A stretch of DNA of 64,000 bases from a virus (IMGVR_UViG_3300010938_000036:821-64820), one strand, 5' to 3'. Positions 48,306 through 58,482 are shown, counted from the stretch's first letter. Translations and numbers: made by a program. The notes: a model not told the origin generated them from the sequence alone.

Positions 48306-48500
48306 ATGAATAGAACTGGTGCATTTGAGGAAATTTATACTAACCGTTATTTTAAAGCGGTAATTGATGCTATGATTAAGGGATTAACTATTTTAGCAAC
48401 TTTATCATTGGATATAGGTATTTTATTCTGGGTAAGAGGACTTAAATTTGAATTAGAAAAGAGAATTAAAGAAGCAGAAAAGAAACTTAAAAAATCTTAA
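48306..48500 (+). CDS. Small protein with one hydrophobic segment
   Basis: GLTILATLSLDIGILFWV followed by a basic tail. Confidence 0.5.
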   Translation: MNRTGAFEEIYTNRYFKAVIDAMIKGLTILATLSLDIGILFWVRGLKFELEKRIKEAEKKLKKS

Positions 48501-48511
48501 GGAGGTCAAGA

Positions 48512-49204
48512 ATGCAGTTAGATAAATTTATTGAAGCACTTAAAATGGATAGGATAGAAAGGGGATACAGGAATGATATACGAGTAGTAGGGTCTTATCT
48601 GGACAAGGAGCGGTTCTGGTTAGTATTGGCGTTTTCTGAAATGCTGGGTAGTCCAAAGGTAGAAGATATAATTGGATTGGTTTATAAGGTTTATCCTGGT
48701 TTTGATATTGATTGGAAATCTTCCTATGGAGTTAAAAATGGGACAATCTATTTGGCGTTAAAACCTTATATAGAGAAAATTGCGTTAAAGGATCCTGCTG
48801 ATATACCAGTAGGGTTTAAGGCTTGTGGTGGAGGAATTTATAGTTTAAGAGAGGCTAATGGTGAAACTTCATACTGGCTTTTTGTCAAGGAAGGGGATAA
48901 ATATTATTTAGTTCGCAAGGATGGTTCTAAACCGCCAGAAGTTGTTACGCCAGTAGAATCTAAACAGGCAAAGCAGGGATTAACAATAGGAGCATTGGTG
49001 AAGGTTTTAGGCAATCAGATCGGAATTTTAAAAGGAGTTGATAATGGTGCATATATTGTTAAGTTGTTGGGGCAAACTAAGGAAGTTAAGGTTCATGATG
49101 TAGCAGAGTTTGATATAACCAAAGAGAAGGAGTTATTGCGAGAGTATTATCTTAATTTATATCCGCCAGAATTTGTAGATGCGCTTTTAGCAGATTATGC
49201 TTAA
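48512..49204 (+). CDS. Hypothetical protein (possible head protein)
   Basis: AAGGAGG RBS; 230 aa. Confidence 0.6.
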   Translation: MQLDKFIEALKMDRIERGYRNDIRVVGSYLDKERFWLVLAFSEMLGSPKVEDIIGLVYKVYPGFDIDWKSSYGVKNGTIYLALKPYIEKIALKDPADIPVGFKACGGGIYSLREANGETSYWLFVKEGDKYYLVRKDGSKPPEVVTPVESKQAKQGLTIGALVKVLGNQIGILKGVDNGAYIVKLLGQTKEVKVHDVAEFDITKEKELLREYYLNLYPPEFVDALLADYA

Positions 49205-49216
49205 AGTTAATGAATA

Positions 49217-49609
49217 ATGGATTTAATAAACCAAGATTTATGGATTAAGGGGTTAAAACAAAAAGCAGAGGATATTACTCGCAGAGTTTTATTGGCTTTT
49301 TATGTGGTGCCTATTCATAGAATAACTGCTTTCTCAGTAAGGAAATTAGATGACGGGGTTTTAGTTTTAGTGAATGTGGATTTTTATAATTATCTAACAA
49401 ATGAGCGAAATGATATTATAGTTCCAGTTTTTTATTCTGCGAGTAAACAAGAATTTGAAAAACCATCAATTTTTTATAAGGATAGAAGGGCATTTTTGAT
49501 TTCTGATACGACTTTGCGTAGTTTATTTATTAATTATCCTATAAGTTTTCCACAAATTAATTTATTTTCGCCATTAGCACCATTATTTTATAAAAATTTG
49601 CAGAGGTAA
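49217..49609 (+). CDS. Hypothetical protein
   Basis: 130-aa ORF. Confidence 0.55.
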   Translation: MDLINQDLWIKGLKQKAEDITRRVLLAFYVVPIHRITAFSVRKLDDGVLVLVNVDFYNYLTNERNDIIVPVFYSASKQEFEKPSIFYKDRRAFLISDTTLRSLFINYPISFPQINLFSPLAPLFYKNLQR

Positions 49610-49612
49610 AAA

Positions 49613-49993
49613 ATGGAAAAAATTGATGTGATTTCAAAAGAGGTTTTAGGGATTTTTGAAAAGGTAATTCAGAGATTAATTGTAGATGCGGATGGAAATT
49701 TAAGTGTAACACAATTAGAAAAATTATCTCGTTGTTATACAGAATATATGAATGTTAATAAATTATATAAAAATTCAGTTAATGAACGGAAGAGGATTTA
49801 TGAGGAAATTTTGAAACAAATTTTGTCTATTTTAACAAGTAAGTGGAATATAATTTTACAATTTTTACATGAGGAAATACAGGAGTTTAATTTATCTAAA
49901 GAATTAAGTCATAGGTTATTGGATAAATTATCTTTAATAATTGAACAAATTTTAAAAGAAGAATTATCTAATTTTATTGAGAAGGAAGTATGA
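49613..49993 (+). CDS. Helical protein, candidate terminase small subunit
   Basis: 126 aa, helical, two genes upstream of terL; positional evidence only. Confidence 0.3.
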   Translation: MEKIDVISKEVLGIFEKVIQRLIVDADGNLSVTQLEKLSRCYTEYMNVNKLYKNSVNERKRIYEEILKQILSILTSKWNIILQFLHEEIQEFNLSKELSHRLLDKLSLIIEQILKEELSNFIEKEV

Positions 49994-50409
49994 AGTTAGA
50001 ACAAATTTTATCACGGGCAGATATAGAGAGACGGCGGCGTTCAAGAGCATATAGTGTTTTTTATGATGGTTTTGATAAGGGTAAAGGGGTTTTTTCCTTT
50101 ACTGTATCTGGTAGAGATAATTATAAAGTTAGTGTACAAATAGAACCTAAAAGTTGGAAATTGATGGCGAAAGAATTTAAAGATTTGTCTAATGATGAAG
50201 TTATAGAAAGTTTTAGAGAAAATAGGAATAAATTAGATATTTTAGTTCATTGTGAGTGTGCTGATTTTTTGTATGGAGGTTTTGCTTATATAGCGACTAA
50301 AATGGGATATGCAATTAAAAAAGAAACCAGACCTCCTATTGTGAGAAATAAAAGATTGAGAGGAAGTGTTTGTAAGCATTTGATTGCTGTTCTTGAGTTT
50401 TTAAAATGA
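49990..50409 (+). CDS. SWIM zinc-finger protein
   Basis: CECADF...VCKHL. Confidence 0.7.
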   Translation: MKLEQILSRADIERRRRSRAYSVFYDGFDKGKGVFSFTVSGRDNYKVSVQIEPKSWKLMAKEFKDLSNDEVIESFRENRNKLDILVHCECADFLYGGFAYIATKMGYAIKKETRPPIVRNKRLRGSVCKHLIAVLEFLK

Positions 50410-52283
50410 TTAATGATTTAAAGCAATGGTCTTTGCGTAATAATGAGGATTTGATTCCTAAATTGGATTTACAGGAAGCCAAGCATATTATCGAATTTGT
50501 TGAATCTCCTGTTTTTTTAGGATTTCCTAAAATTTTCCCATTTCAGAAAAAGGTTTTAATTGGATTTTTTGAACTTGCCTGTCCAGATTGCAATGATATT
50601 AATTTATCTCATATTTTGGATATAGAGGATGACAAGTTAGATAAATTAGTTTTATTTGAATATGGTGTATGTCCCAAATGTGGTAAAAATAAATTCCAAT
50701 TTTATAATGAAGGTAAATTACGATTTTATAATGAATTAGTAGGGGTGGCTGGGACAAAAGCAGGGAAAACTACATTAGTGGCATCCATGGTTGCGCCATA
50801 TATTTTGCATTGGTTAATTATACATAAGGACTTTAGAAAGTGGTTAGAAATAATACCTTGGACGACCTTACAAATGGTGTTTGTAGCGACTTCAAGGGAG
50901 CAGGTTAAACGAACTGGATGGGATTATTTTAGAACAACTATTGAGAATAGTGTTTGGTTCCAATCTTTATTTAAGCAATTGGATGATTTTGCAAGAAAAA
51001 GAAGGATTAGTAGAGATAGATTATATGTTAAAAATTTAACTTCATTACAATTAGTATGGTTAAATTTAGAAATTTTAGGATTACATTCTAATTCTTTTTC
51101 TATTGCTGGTGGAACTTTTATTTTTGCATATATAGATGAGATAGCAAGGTTTGATTTAACTGAATCTAAACGGTCAGCAGATGAAATTTATAGAGTTTGT
51201 AGGAACAATTTAGTCCCTGTTAGAGAGAGTTTAAAAAATAGATTGGATCAAAAGGATATTTATAAAAATGGCAATGTAATTGATGCTATTTTTGCTATCA
51301 CTTCATCTCCGCTTTCTATAGATGATAAAAGTATGCAATTATTAGAATCTTCTTCTTTGTTTCAGAGAAGATTTTATTTTTATAAGTCTTCTTTTGATGC
51401 TAATCCTTTATTACAAAGAGAACGATTTTTTGAGGTATTGGAAGAAGATCCTACTGGATTTTCAAGAGATTTTGATGCTGAACCAGACGATGGTGGAACT
51501 GCTTTTATAAGTAATATTGAGATAATTAAAAGAGCAATTCAATCAGTACAACCTTGTGTGGATTGGACTTTAGAATTGAAACCAGCAGGTTTTATTGGTC
51601 AAAAGGAAAATATTAGGGTATGTGTAAAATTTTTGAATGCACAACGGGAAAGAATGAATCCATTTTTTGTTCATGCTGACCCTGGACGGTTTAGTGATTC
51701 TTTTGGTATTGTTTTAGGTAAATTATTAGATGAGGAAAATTATAAAATAATTATCACAGATGTTATAGATATTTCTATACCTAAAAAGAATAGTAAGGTT
51801 TTATATGAGATTGATTTTGAAAGTGTTAAGGATTTTCTTTTACAGTTATCAAAATTTATTTATATTCGTTGTTTAAGTTTTGATAGATGGAATAGTGCTT
51901 ATTATGTTCAAATTTTAAGAGATGCAGGATTAGTAGTTAAGGATTTTAATATGTCTTATGATAATTATTTATCTTTTAGGCAGGATTTATTTGCGCAAAA
52001 AATTATTTTTCCTAAGCCAAGATTAGAGGAATGGGAGCGGAAACCTATAAAGGATTTAAGTGGTGTAGATAAAATGTTAAAAGAATTATATATGTTAAGA
52101 GATTATGGGAAAAAAGTAGACCATCCTGCAAATGGTTCTAATGATTTAATTATTGGTGCAATAGGAATTCATGCTTCTGTGATTCAATCTATTTATAACA
52201 AAAATAATTTTCTTGGCAGAGATGATAAAAAACGGTATAATATGATGCATGGACGAGTGGTGAGGTTAAATAGGTTTGTATGA
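50406..52283 (+). CDS. terL: Terminase large subunit
   Basis: Walker A AGTKAGKT, Walker B AYIDE, ITSSP, RNase H-like HADPG..DSFG, FDRWNS, DHPANGSNDL; N-terminal CPDC/CPKC insert. Confidence 0.85.
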   Translation: MINDLKQWSLRNNEDLIPKLDLQEAKHIIEFVESPVFLGFPKIFPFQKKVLIGFFELACPDCNDINLSHILDIEDDKLDKLVLFEYGVCPKCGKNKFQFYNEGKLRFYNELVGVAGTKAGKTTLVASMVAPYILHWLIIHKDFRKWLEIIPWTTLQMVFVATSREQVKRTGWDYFRTTIENSVWFQSLFKQLDDFARKRRISRDRLYVKNLTSLQLVWLNLEILGLHSNSFSIAGGTFIFAYIDEIARFDLTESKRSADEIYRVCRNNLVPVRESLKNRLDQKDIYKNGNVIDAIFAITSSPLSIDDKSMQLLESSSLFQRRFYFYKSSFDANPLLQRERFFEVLEEDPTGFSRDFDAEPDDGGTAFISNIEIIKRAIQSVQPCVDWTLELKPAGFIGQKENIRVCVKFLNAQRERMNPFFVHADPGRFSDSFGIVLGKLLDEENYKIIITDVIDISIPKKNSKVLYEIDFESVKDFLLQLSKFIYIRCLSFDRWNSAYYVQILRDAGLVVKDFNMSYDNYLSFRQDLFAQKIIFPKPRLEEWERKPIKDLSGVDKMLKELYMLRDYGKKVDHPANGSNDLIIGAIGIHASVIQSIYNKNNFLGRDDKKRYNMMHGRVVRLNRFV

Positions 52284-52840
52284 TGAAAAGGATAAAAGGA
52301 GAAAATTTAATTAAGGAGGAATTGCAAAAAGTAACTCATTTAGAGGTTATGCAAGCATTTGAGATGTTGCTTAATTATGTTAATGACAAGAATGAATTGC
52401 CAGAAAGTATTTTTCAGGAAGTTTTCAGTAAGTTATCCGATGATGAAAAAGAATTATTAACCGGAATGTTAATTTCTAAAGGGATTAAGGTTTTACCATT
52501 AAGTGCGGAGAATATTAAGCAAGCAGAAATTGAAACGGTAGAGCAGAAAAGGGAACAAGAATTGGAAAGATTAAAAAGCGAAATTTTAAATGCTTTAAAT
52601 GAGGATGGAGAGATTACAGAGATGAAATTAGAAAAAATTTTGGAAGGGGTTGAAGATGTTGTTCTTAAAGCAAGAATTTTTGAATGGTTGGCAGAAACTC
52701 CTTTGATAGAAAGGATTAAGGTTAAAAAGAAGGCTTTTTTTGAATTAGGAGAGATTAGAACTGTACCCAATAAGGATTATAAAAAAAAGATTAAGAAAAG
52801 AATTAAAATGATAACAGGTGATTTTATTTGGCATAAATAA
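52280..52840 (+). CDS. Acidic helical protein with two sigma70 region-1.1-like repeats (tentative)
   Basis: NELPESIFQEVFSKLSDDEKELLTGMLISKGIKVL and GEITEMKLEKILEG...IFEWLAE. Confidence 0.4.
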   Translation: MMKRIKGENLIKEELQKVTHLEVMQAFEMLLNYVNDKNELPESIFQEVFSKLSDDEKELLTGMLISKGIKVLPLSAENIKQAEIETVEQKREQELERLKSEILNALNEDGEITEMKLEKILEGVEDVVLKARIFEWLAETPLIERIKVKKKAFFELGEIRTVPNKDYKKKIKKRIKMITGDFIWHK

Positions 52841-52891
52841 TTTGTTGTTTTTTTTAATAAATTTTTTTAAAATATATAGAGAGGTGTAAAA

Positions 52892-53407
52892 ATGCTTAAT
52901 GGTGTTTTGCAGATTAATGGAAAGCAAATAACAGCGGTTTTACCTGAAACTCACAATGAAAGATTAAGTGGATTAGATTTTAAAAAAATTGATGGAGCGA
53001 TGGTTTTTTTATATTGTTGTCCTTCTTATGTAATTTTTCGTGGTTGTCAGGATAGACCAATTGATATTGCTTTTTGTAAAAGGGAAGGGAATCTTTTTAA
53101 ACCAGTTAAAATTATTTCTTCTTTGCAACCTGGAGAAGTATGTTCAATGGATAAAATTGAGTGTGTAATTGAGGCAGAAGCAGGAAGTTTCTATAAATTT
53201 GGATTAGTACAAGGAGTAGATACAGGTGTGCAAATTTTTTTACAGGTTAATGGTTTATTAAGAAATGTTGCAGAATTTTATGAGCAAAAGAAAGAAGGAC
53301 AGATGGAATTAAAGGCAAAAATTAGTGAAGAATTAGAAAGAGCAGGAATTACCAGAGAAGATTTTTTAAATTTTTTATCAAATTTTAAAATAAATAAGGA
53401 GGTTTAA
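52892..53407 (+). CDS. DUF192-like protein
   Basis: ERLSGL, MVFLY, PIDIAF, VIEAEAG. Confidence 0.6.
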   Translation: MLNGVLQINGKQITAVLPETHNERLSGLDFKKIDGAMVFLYCCPSYVIFRGCQDRPIDIAFCKREGNLFKPVKIISSLQPGEVCSMDKIECVIEAEAGSFYKFGLVQGVDTGVQIFLQVNGLLRNVAEFYEQKKEGQMELKAKISEELERAGITREDFLNFLSNFKINKEV

Positions 53408-53409
53408 AA

Positions 53410-54381
53410 ATGAGAAAGGGTTTTGTGATTGTAACAAAAGAACCACAGAGGGTTGGAACAATTTTAGATTTTTATGATGATGGTATAGAGGTAGATTTTG
53501 GTGATAGGACTTCTGTAATACAAACTGATAAAATTGATTGGACTAAGACGGCGGTGCTACAAACAATAGCGGTTCTGGATAAATTGATAAAAATTTACGG
53601 GCAACCTAAACCGAGTGTTCGGGAGACACCTATAACAGAAGAGGAATTAAAATTGCCTACTACTCCTCAAATGCCATTTGTAGAAAGGTTCCCAGCAAGA
53701 CCGCCAGGATTTCCGTCAGAATTAGAGGTTCCTAAACCTACATTAGAAAGTTTAGTAGAGTTAGATAAGGCATTGGTGAGAATGCTTGATAAAATAGAGC
53801 GGTTGGTAAGTAAGCGGGCAGAGGTTCAGGCGGAGTTGGAGAATTTTAATCAAAAGGTTAAGGAATTACGGACAATTTCTAAGGAATTTGAGGAGCAGAT
53901 TCGTAAAGAGGTTTTGGATGTAGCAGCGCAATTGCAGAAAAATTTAGAGGGGTCGGAAGAACTTGCCTCTTTCTTTGGGAAATATCGGGACAAGGTATTG
54001 CAGTTAATACGCTGGATTAAGATAGAGACAGTTGAACCTCCTGCAGAAACTTTATTGGAGGAATTATTAAAAATTATTAAGGAAGAAGCGCCACGAAAGT
54101 TTGATAGAATTACTCAAAGGTTAGAACAAATTAAAAATGATATAACACAAAAATCTGAGGAATTGAGTTCTTATCTTGCGATTGCACCACTGGGTTCTAT
54201 AAAAGGTTATAAGACAGCGCAGGTTTTGGAAACTGTTAAGGGGTGGATAAGAAAACTCTGGGATTGGATTAAAGGTGTTTATAGGTCTGTGGTAAGGTGG
54301 GGAAGTGAAATTCAGAATATTCTGGATGAAACCATAGAAACTTATACTGATTTAGAAAGAATAACGAAGGAAATTTTATGA
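53410..54381 (+). CDS. Hypothetical coiled-coil protein, possible internal head protein
   Basis: AAGGAGG RBS; C-terminal amphipathic W-rich helix. Confidence 0.6.
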   Translation: MRKGFVIVTKEPQRVGTILDFYDDGIEVDFGDRTSVIQTDKIDWTKTAVLQTIAVLDKLIKIYGQPKPSVRETPITEEELKLPTTPQMPFVERFPARPPGFPSELEVPKPTLESLVELDKALVRMLDKIERLVSKRAEVQAELENFNQKVKELRTISKEFEEQIRKEVLDVAAQLQKNLEGSEELASFFGKYRDKVLQLIRWIKIETVEPPAETLLEELLKIIKEEAPRKFDRITQRLEQIKNDITQKSEELSSYLAIAPLGSIKGYKTAQVLETVKGWIRKLWDWIKGVYRSVVRWGSEIQNILDETIETYTDLERITKEIL

Positions 54382-54659
54382 AGTTTAAATTTACAGAACC
54401 GATAACGGATATCTCTAATATATCTGCTGCTAATGGGATGAGTACGGATATAATGATTTTTAGGCGTAAGGAAAAGAATATTTTTTCTTTTGGGCGGAAG
54501 GAAAGAGCATTGATTTATTTTACAGATGGTAAGATTAATATCAGTACGGATGATTTTTTGATTGAGATACCGAGTGAGAAAATTTTGAATATAAAAGAAC
54601 GGGTTGCAAAATGTGAAAAAATGTTAGAAGGATGGCAGGAAGATGCAGATAGTTTTTGA
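54378..54659 (+). CDS. Hypothetical protein
   Basis: Coupled ORF. Confidence 0.5.
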   Translation: MKFKFTEPITDISNISAANGMSTDIMIFRRKEKNIFSFGRKERALIYFTDGKINISTDDFLIEIPSEKILNIKERVAKCEKMLEGWQEDADSF

Positions 54660-55128
54660 ACCAGATTTAAAATCATATTTTATTAATTCAGACGGGCAGG
54701 TGCAATGGGTTGGTTCTGATATGGTAGCGATAAGATTATTGGTTAATAATGGTTTTCCAGAATGGGCAGCAAGAAAAGGAGTATTGTATGCAAGAATGAA
54801 TCAGGGTTTATGGATTGATCTGGATAAATTTATACGAGAAGCATTTAAAAAAAATGCTATAACTGAGAAGGATATTCAAAATTTATTAACGACTGTAAGA
54901 CCTTCTACAGAGAAAAAGACCAAAGATGATATTAAAAAAGAATTACAGGACTTAGAAGTGATTGTGAATAGTATACCATCAACTGCTCGTAAAGTTATAA
55001 ATATGGTTTCAAGTATTATAGAGAGGGAATTAGATGAAAATGAAATTTTAAGAATTTATAATATTTTATATAGTTGGAATGAATTATTAATGGTGGTTAA
55101 TGCTTCTTTAATGAAAGGTATTAAATGA
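54643..55128 (+). CDS. Hypothetical protein
   Basis: 161-aa ORF. Confidence 0.55.
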   Translation: MQIVFEPDLKSYFINSDGQVQWVGSDMVAIRLLVNNGFPEWAARKGVLYARMNQGLWIDLDKFIREAFKKNAITEKDIQNLLTTVRPSTEKKTKDDIKKELQDLEVIVNSIPSTARKVINMVSSIIERELDENEILRIYNILYSWNELLMVVNASLMKGIK

Positions 55129-55165
55129 ATAAAAGAGATTTAGATAGATAAAAGGAGAAAATGAA

Positions 55166-56329
55166 ATGAATATAACCCTAAATGTAAAAGAACTAAGAAA
55201 AAAGATTGAGGGTTTGTTTAATAAAGAAGCACGATTAATTACATTAGAGCAATTAAATGCTCCTCCTGTAGTTCTTACAAAATCATATTTTGGGTATCCT
55301 ACTGGAGAGCCAGAAAAACGATTGGCGGAAGTTAGTTCTTGGTTGGAAGAACTTAATAGAAAATATAATTTAGGGTTGGAGATTTCTCTTGATATAGAAA
55401 GACATAAGGTTGAGGCATATACTCCTGATGGTCAGTTAGTTGCTTTTTTTGATTATTCAGAAGTTGGTAAACGTGTAAATAAAAATCAAAATTTTAAAGA
55501 TTTGTTGAAATTAATTGAAACTAAGATGGCTGGAAAAGAAAAATTTTTAAGGAAATTTATGGGAAAATTTAAATTAAAATTTTTTATTGATTTGGAATTT
55601 TGGATGCGGGATTTGTTGATTTTTGAAAGAGGATCTATTGTATTTGAAGATGAAAGGATTGTTAAAGATAAAAGTAAAACATATTTATCAATTGGGTATA
55701 TTGTAGGATCTTATTTAGATAATATGTATGATTGGTTTGATATAAGATTTAAATGGGGTGAAAAGAAGGAAAAAAGAGCGCTTTTTGATTGGTATGTAGA
55801 ACGAATTAAAGAGGAATTGAAATATGTTCGTGAATCAGAAATGGATGAGGAAAAGATGAAGGAAAGCGAATTAGAATTAATGGTTAAACTTAGATTGTTA
55901 GAACAAAAAGTACAACTGGAAATGTTATCGTATTTACCAAAACATACTGTTGATTTAGAATATTTTTTTACCGAGAAAATTAAAGAGGGAACCTTATTAG
56001 AAGAACTAATGTTTCTTTTTGTAGTAGAGAATTATAAATTAACAGCCGATGGTAAAGTATTAGAAGAAGAAGAAGGATTAGTACAACAACCTTATATGAT
56101 TATACAAATTTTTGCGAAAAGAAAACTAATTGATGTCTTTAAGATCCTGAGTGATTTTTCTTTTTATGATGGTTTAATTATTGATATAATTAAAGAATAT
56201 GGACTTACGGATAGATATGATATCAAGAAGGAACAGGATATAGAAAGAGCATATGGAGATCCTGAAGTTCAAAAATGGTTTGAGCAGGCTTTAGAAAAAC
56301 GAGTTTTAGAATTAATAAAACAAGAATAG
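55166..56329 (+). CDS. Hypothetical protein
   Basis: 387-aa ORF; AAGGAG RBS. Confidence 0.6.
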   Translation: MNITLNVKELRKKIEGLFNKEARLITLEQLNAPPVVLTKSYFGYPTGEPEKRLAEVSSWLEELNRKYNLGLEISLDIERHKVEAYTPDGQLVAFFDYSEVGKRVNKNQNFKDLLKLIETKMAGKEKFLRKFMGKFKLKFFIDLEFWMRDLLIFERGSIVFEDERIVKDKSKTYLSIGYIVGSYLDNMYDWFDIRFKWGEKKEKRALFDWYVERIKEELKYVRESEMDEEKMKESELELMVKLRLLEQKVQLEMLSYLPKHTVDLEYFFTEKIKEGTLLEELMFLFVVENYKLTADGKVLEEEEGLVQQPYMIIQIFAKRKLIDVFKILSDFSFYDGLIIDIIKEYGLTDRYDIKKEQDIERAYGDPEVQKWFEQALEKRVLELIKQE

Positions 56330-56338
56330 AGTAGGTTA

Positions 56339-56399
56339 TTTGAAGATAAAGGCAATTTTAGTAGATGAACAGATGAAACTTTGGCAAAGCAGATTGCAA
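56339..56399 (+). pseudogene. Degenerate remnant of the 5' part of the gene at 58483
   Basis: Aligns with 58521-58585, including an exact GCAAAGCAGATTGCAA; indels break the frame. Confidence 0.6.
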
Positions 56400-56445
56400 G
56401 ATTTTAAATATAAATGGTGATTGATGTTTTAATTAAGGGTATTAA

Positions 56446-58275
56446 ATGAGTGATGAAATAAAAACTAATAATGAGAAATTGCCTACAGTGGTGCCTTTTG
56501 GGGTTAAGGCACGGGGAGGATTTTTTAGTACTGCTGAATTTAAGGTAAGAGCGCAACCTTTTCTTGGATTGGGTGGTCCTATTTCTGCACCGCAGGGTGG
56601 ACTTGGAACTGTTATAACCACAGCACCTATTTTTTATGATATTCGTTATTTTACTCCTGATAAATTTTATTTCCCAAGACAAGAATTAGAACAAAATGAT
56701 ATATGGCGTTTAATTTATAAAAGGGACCCTATTGTTGGTGCAGCAATTGATTTGTATGCTGAATTTGCCTGGTCTAATTTTGATTTGGTAGGAATAGATG
56801 ATACTGCTGTTCGTTCTGTTTATGAAAATACAGTCGCAAATTTAAATTTGTTATCAATTTTGCCAGATATGACTAAAGAATTTTTAATCATTGGTAAGGT
56901 TATACCACATTTAATTTTTTCAGAAAAGGATGGGATTTGGAAACATGTTTTTATTCATGATCCTGACTATATTAAAATGACGGTGCTACCTTTTGCTAAT
57001 GAGGAACCAATTTTGGATTTAAAGGTGCCACCTGAATTAAGACAATTGGTAATTTCTCCTGATCCAAGAATACAAAAAATTGTAGCAAAATTGCCAGAGA
57101 GTATGGTGACTGCAATATTAAGTTCGCAATTTATTCCTTTGGATAATTTAAATGTAACTGTTATTCCTCGTCGGGCTTTTGCTTCTGATTGGAGAGGGAT
57201 TTCTATTTTAGAAAGACTTTACAGGATGTTAATGTTTGAGGATTTTTTGATGAATGCAGCATTGGCTGTTGCACAGCGTAATGCAGTTCCTTTAAGAATT
57301 TTTAAATTGGGTGATCATAAAGTTGATTGGTATCCTACAAAAGAAGATGAAAATGCGTTGAGTGAATTGTTGGCGATTGCAGAGGCGGACCCGATGTCCG
57401 CTTTGATAATGCATTCTGGAATAGAAGTAGAATATGTTGGTGTTTCTGACCGTTTTTGGAATGTTGCAAGAGAATGGGATTTTATTGAAAATATTAAATT
57501 GGTGGGATTAGGTGTAAGTAAATCTTTTCTTATGGGGGAGGCATCTTTTGCCAGTGCGGTAGCGGGTTTGCAAACTTTTGTTCAAAAGGTAGCAGGATTG
57601 CGTATGAAATTTGAAAATGAATGGATTGTTCCTAAGATTTTTAAAACAATTGCTAAAATACATAAATTTTATAAACGGACACCAGCAGAATTATCATATC
57701 GTATTCGTTTACAAAAGGAGGATTCAGATTTATTATACCCTGTTATTAAATGGCACAGGTCATTAGAGCCAACTCAAGATACATCTTTATTAAGCGTTTG
57801 GCGAGAATTACATGATAAAGGTATAATTTCAGATAGAACTTATGCTGCTGGTGCTGGTCTTAATCTGGATGTAGAAAGACAAAATAAATTAGAAGAAGAA
57901 CAATATAAAAAGAAGATAGAAACAATGGTAACAAAAATTCAATCTCAGATGGGGAATGAAACTGGATATCATGTTCCTTCTAAATATATACATGCATCTT
58001 GTTTTGATAAGCAAGGATTTTTTAAAGGTGTTCATTATTCTGAATTAGAACCAGTAATAGCATTTATTAAAGGGCATCAAGTAGATGAATTTAAAGGAAT
58101 AGATAATTCTTTGTCTTCAATATATCATTATTTGCGGGAGAAGAATTGGGATGATAAAAAATTAGATGCATTGACAGAATTATTAAAAATTGAGAAAATA
58201 TTAGTAACTCCTGATAAAATTTATGAAGAAATAGAGAAAGAGACATTACAAAAAGATTTTTTATCAGGGAAATAG
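56446..58275 (+). CDS. Portal protein
   Basis: DPIVGAAIDLYAEF, WRGISILER, PLRIFKLGD, LGVSKSFLMGEASFA; 609 aa, near terL. Confidence 0.8.
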   Translation: MSDEIKTNNEKLPTVVPFGVKARGGFFSTAEFKVRAQPFLGLGGPISAPQGGLGTVITTAPIFYDIRYFTPDKFYFPRQELEQNDIWRLIYKRDPIVGAAIDLYAEFAWSNFDLVGIDDTAVRSVYENTVANLNLLSILPDMTKEFLIIGKVIPHLIFSEKDGIWKHVFIHDPDYIKMTVLPFANEEPILDLKVPPELRQLVISPDPRIQKIVAKLPESMVTAILSSQFIPLDNLNVTVIPRRAFASDWRGISILERLYRMLMFEDFLMNAALAVAQRNAVPLRIFKLGDHKVDWYPTKEDENALSELLAIAEADPMSALIMHSGIEVEYVGVSDRFWNVAREWDFIENIKLVGLGVSKSFLMGEASFASAVAGLQTFVQKVAGLRMKFENEWIVPKIFKTIAKIHKFYKRTPAELSYRIRLQKEDSDLLYPVIKWHRSLEPTQDTSLLSVWRELHDKGIISDRTYAAGAGLNLDVERQNKLEEEQYKKKIETMVTKIQSQMGNETGYHVPSKYIHASCFDKQGFFKGVHYSELEPVIAFIKGHQVDEFKGIDNSLSSIYHYLREKNWDDKKLDALTELLKIEKILVTPDKIYEEIEKETLQKDFLSGK

Positions 58276-58476
58276 GAGGAAGGAAACAGTTGAGTAATTT
58301 ATTGACAAATATAGAGATTTCATGTAAGGTAATGGTAGGACTGAGCAGACCGAAAGGATCTCAGTCTAAGAGATTTGTGCCTCGCCGAGGCCATACTGGT
58401 AAAGATACCAGCGATGTTCTCGCTACGGCGAGGAATTTAGTTGTAGACACTTTTGTTTACAACTAGAAAGGCAGGT
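58271..58476 (+). repeat. Dispersed 206-bp element, copy 2
   Basis: Ungapped match to 14373-14578; includes the portal stop codon. Confidence 0.95.
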
Positions 58477-58477
58477 T
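58337..58477 (+). ncRNA. Putative structured RNA (~140 nt), copy 2
   Basis: Follows TTGACA-N17-TAAGGT (58302-58330); same stems as copy 1, with a cUACGg tetraloop. Confidence 0.7.
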
Positions 58478-58482
58478 CGAGA

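Noticed and set aside
48306-48500. Holin
   Set aside because: Only one weak hydrophobic segment and no endolysin nearby; unsupported.
50406-52283. Intein or intron in terminase, helicase or polymerase
   Set aside because: Lengths are normal or short, and no intein C...HN or LAGLIDADG motifs are seen.
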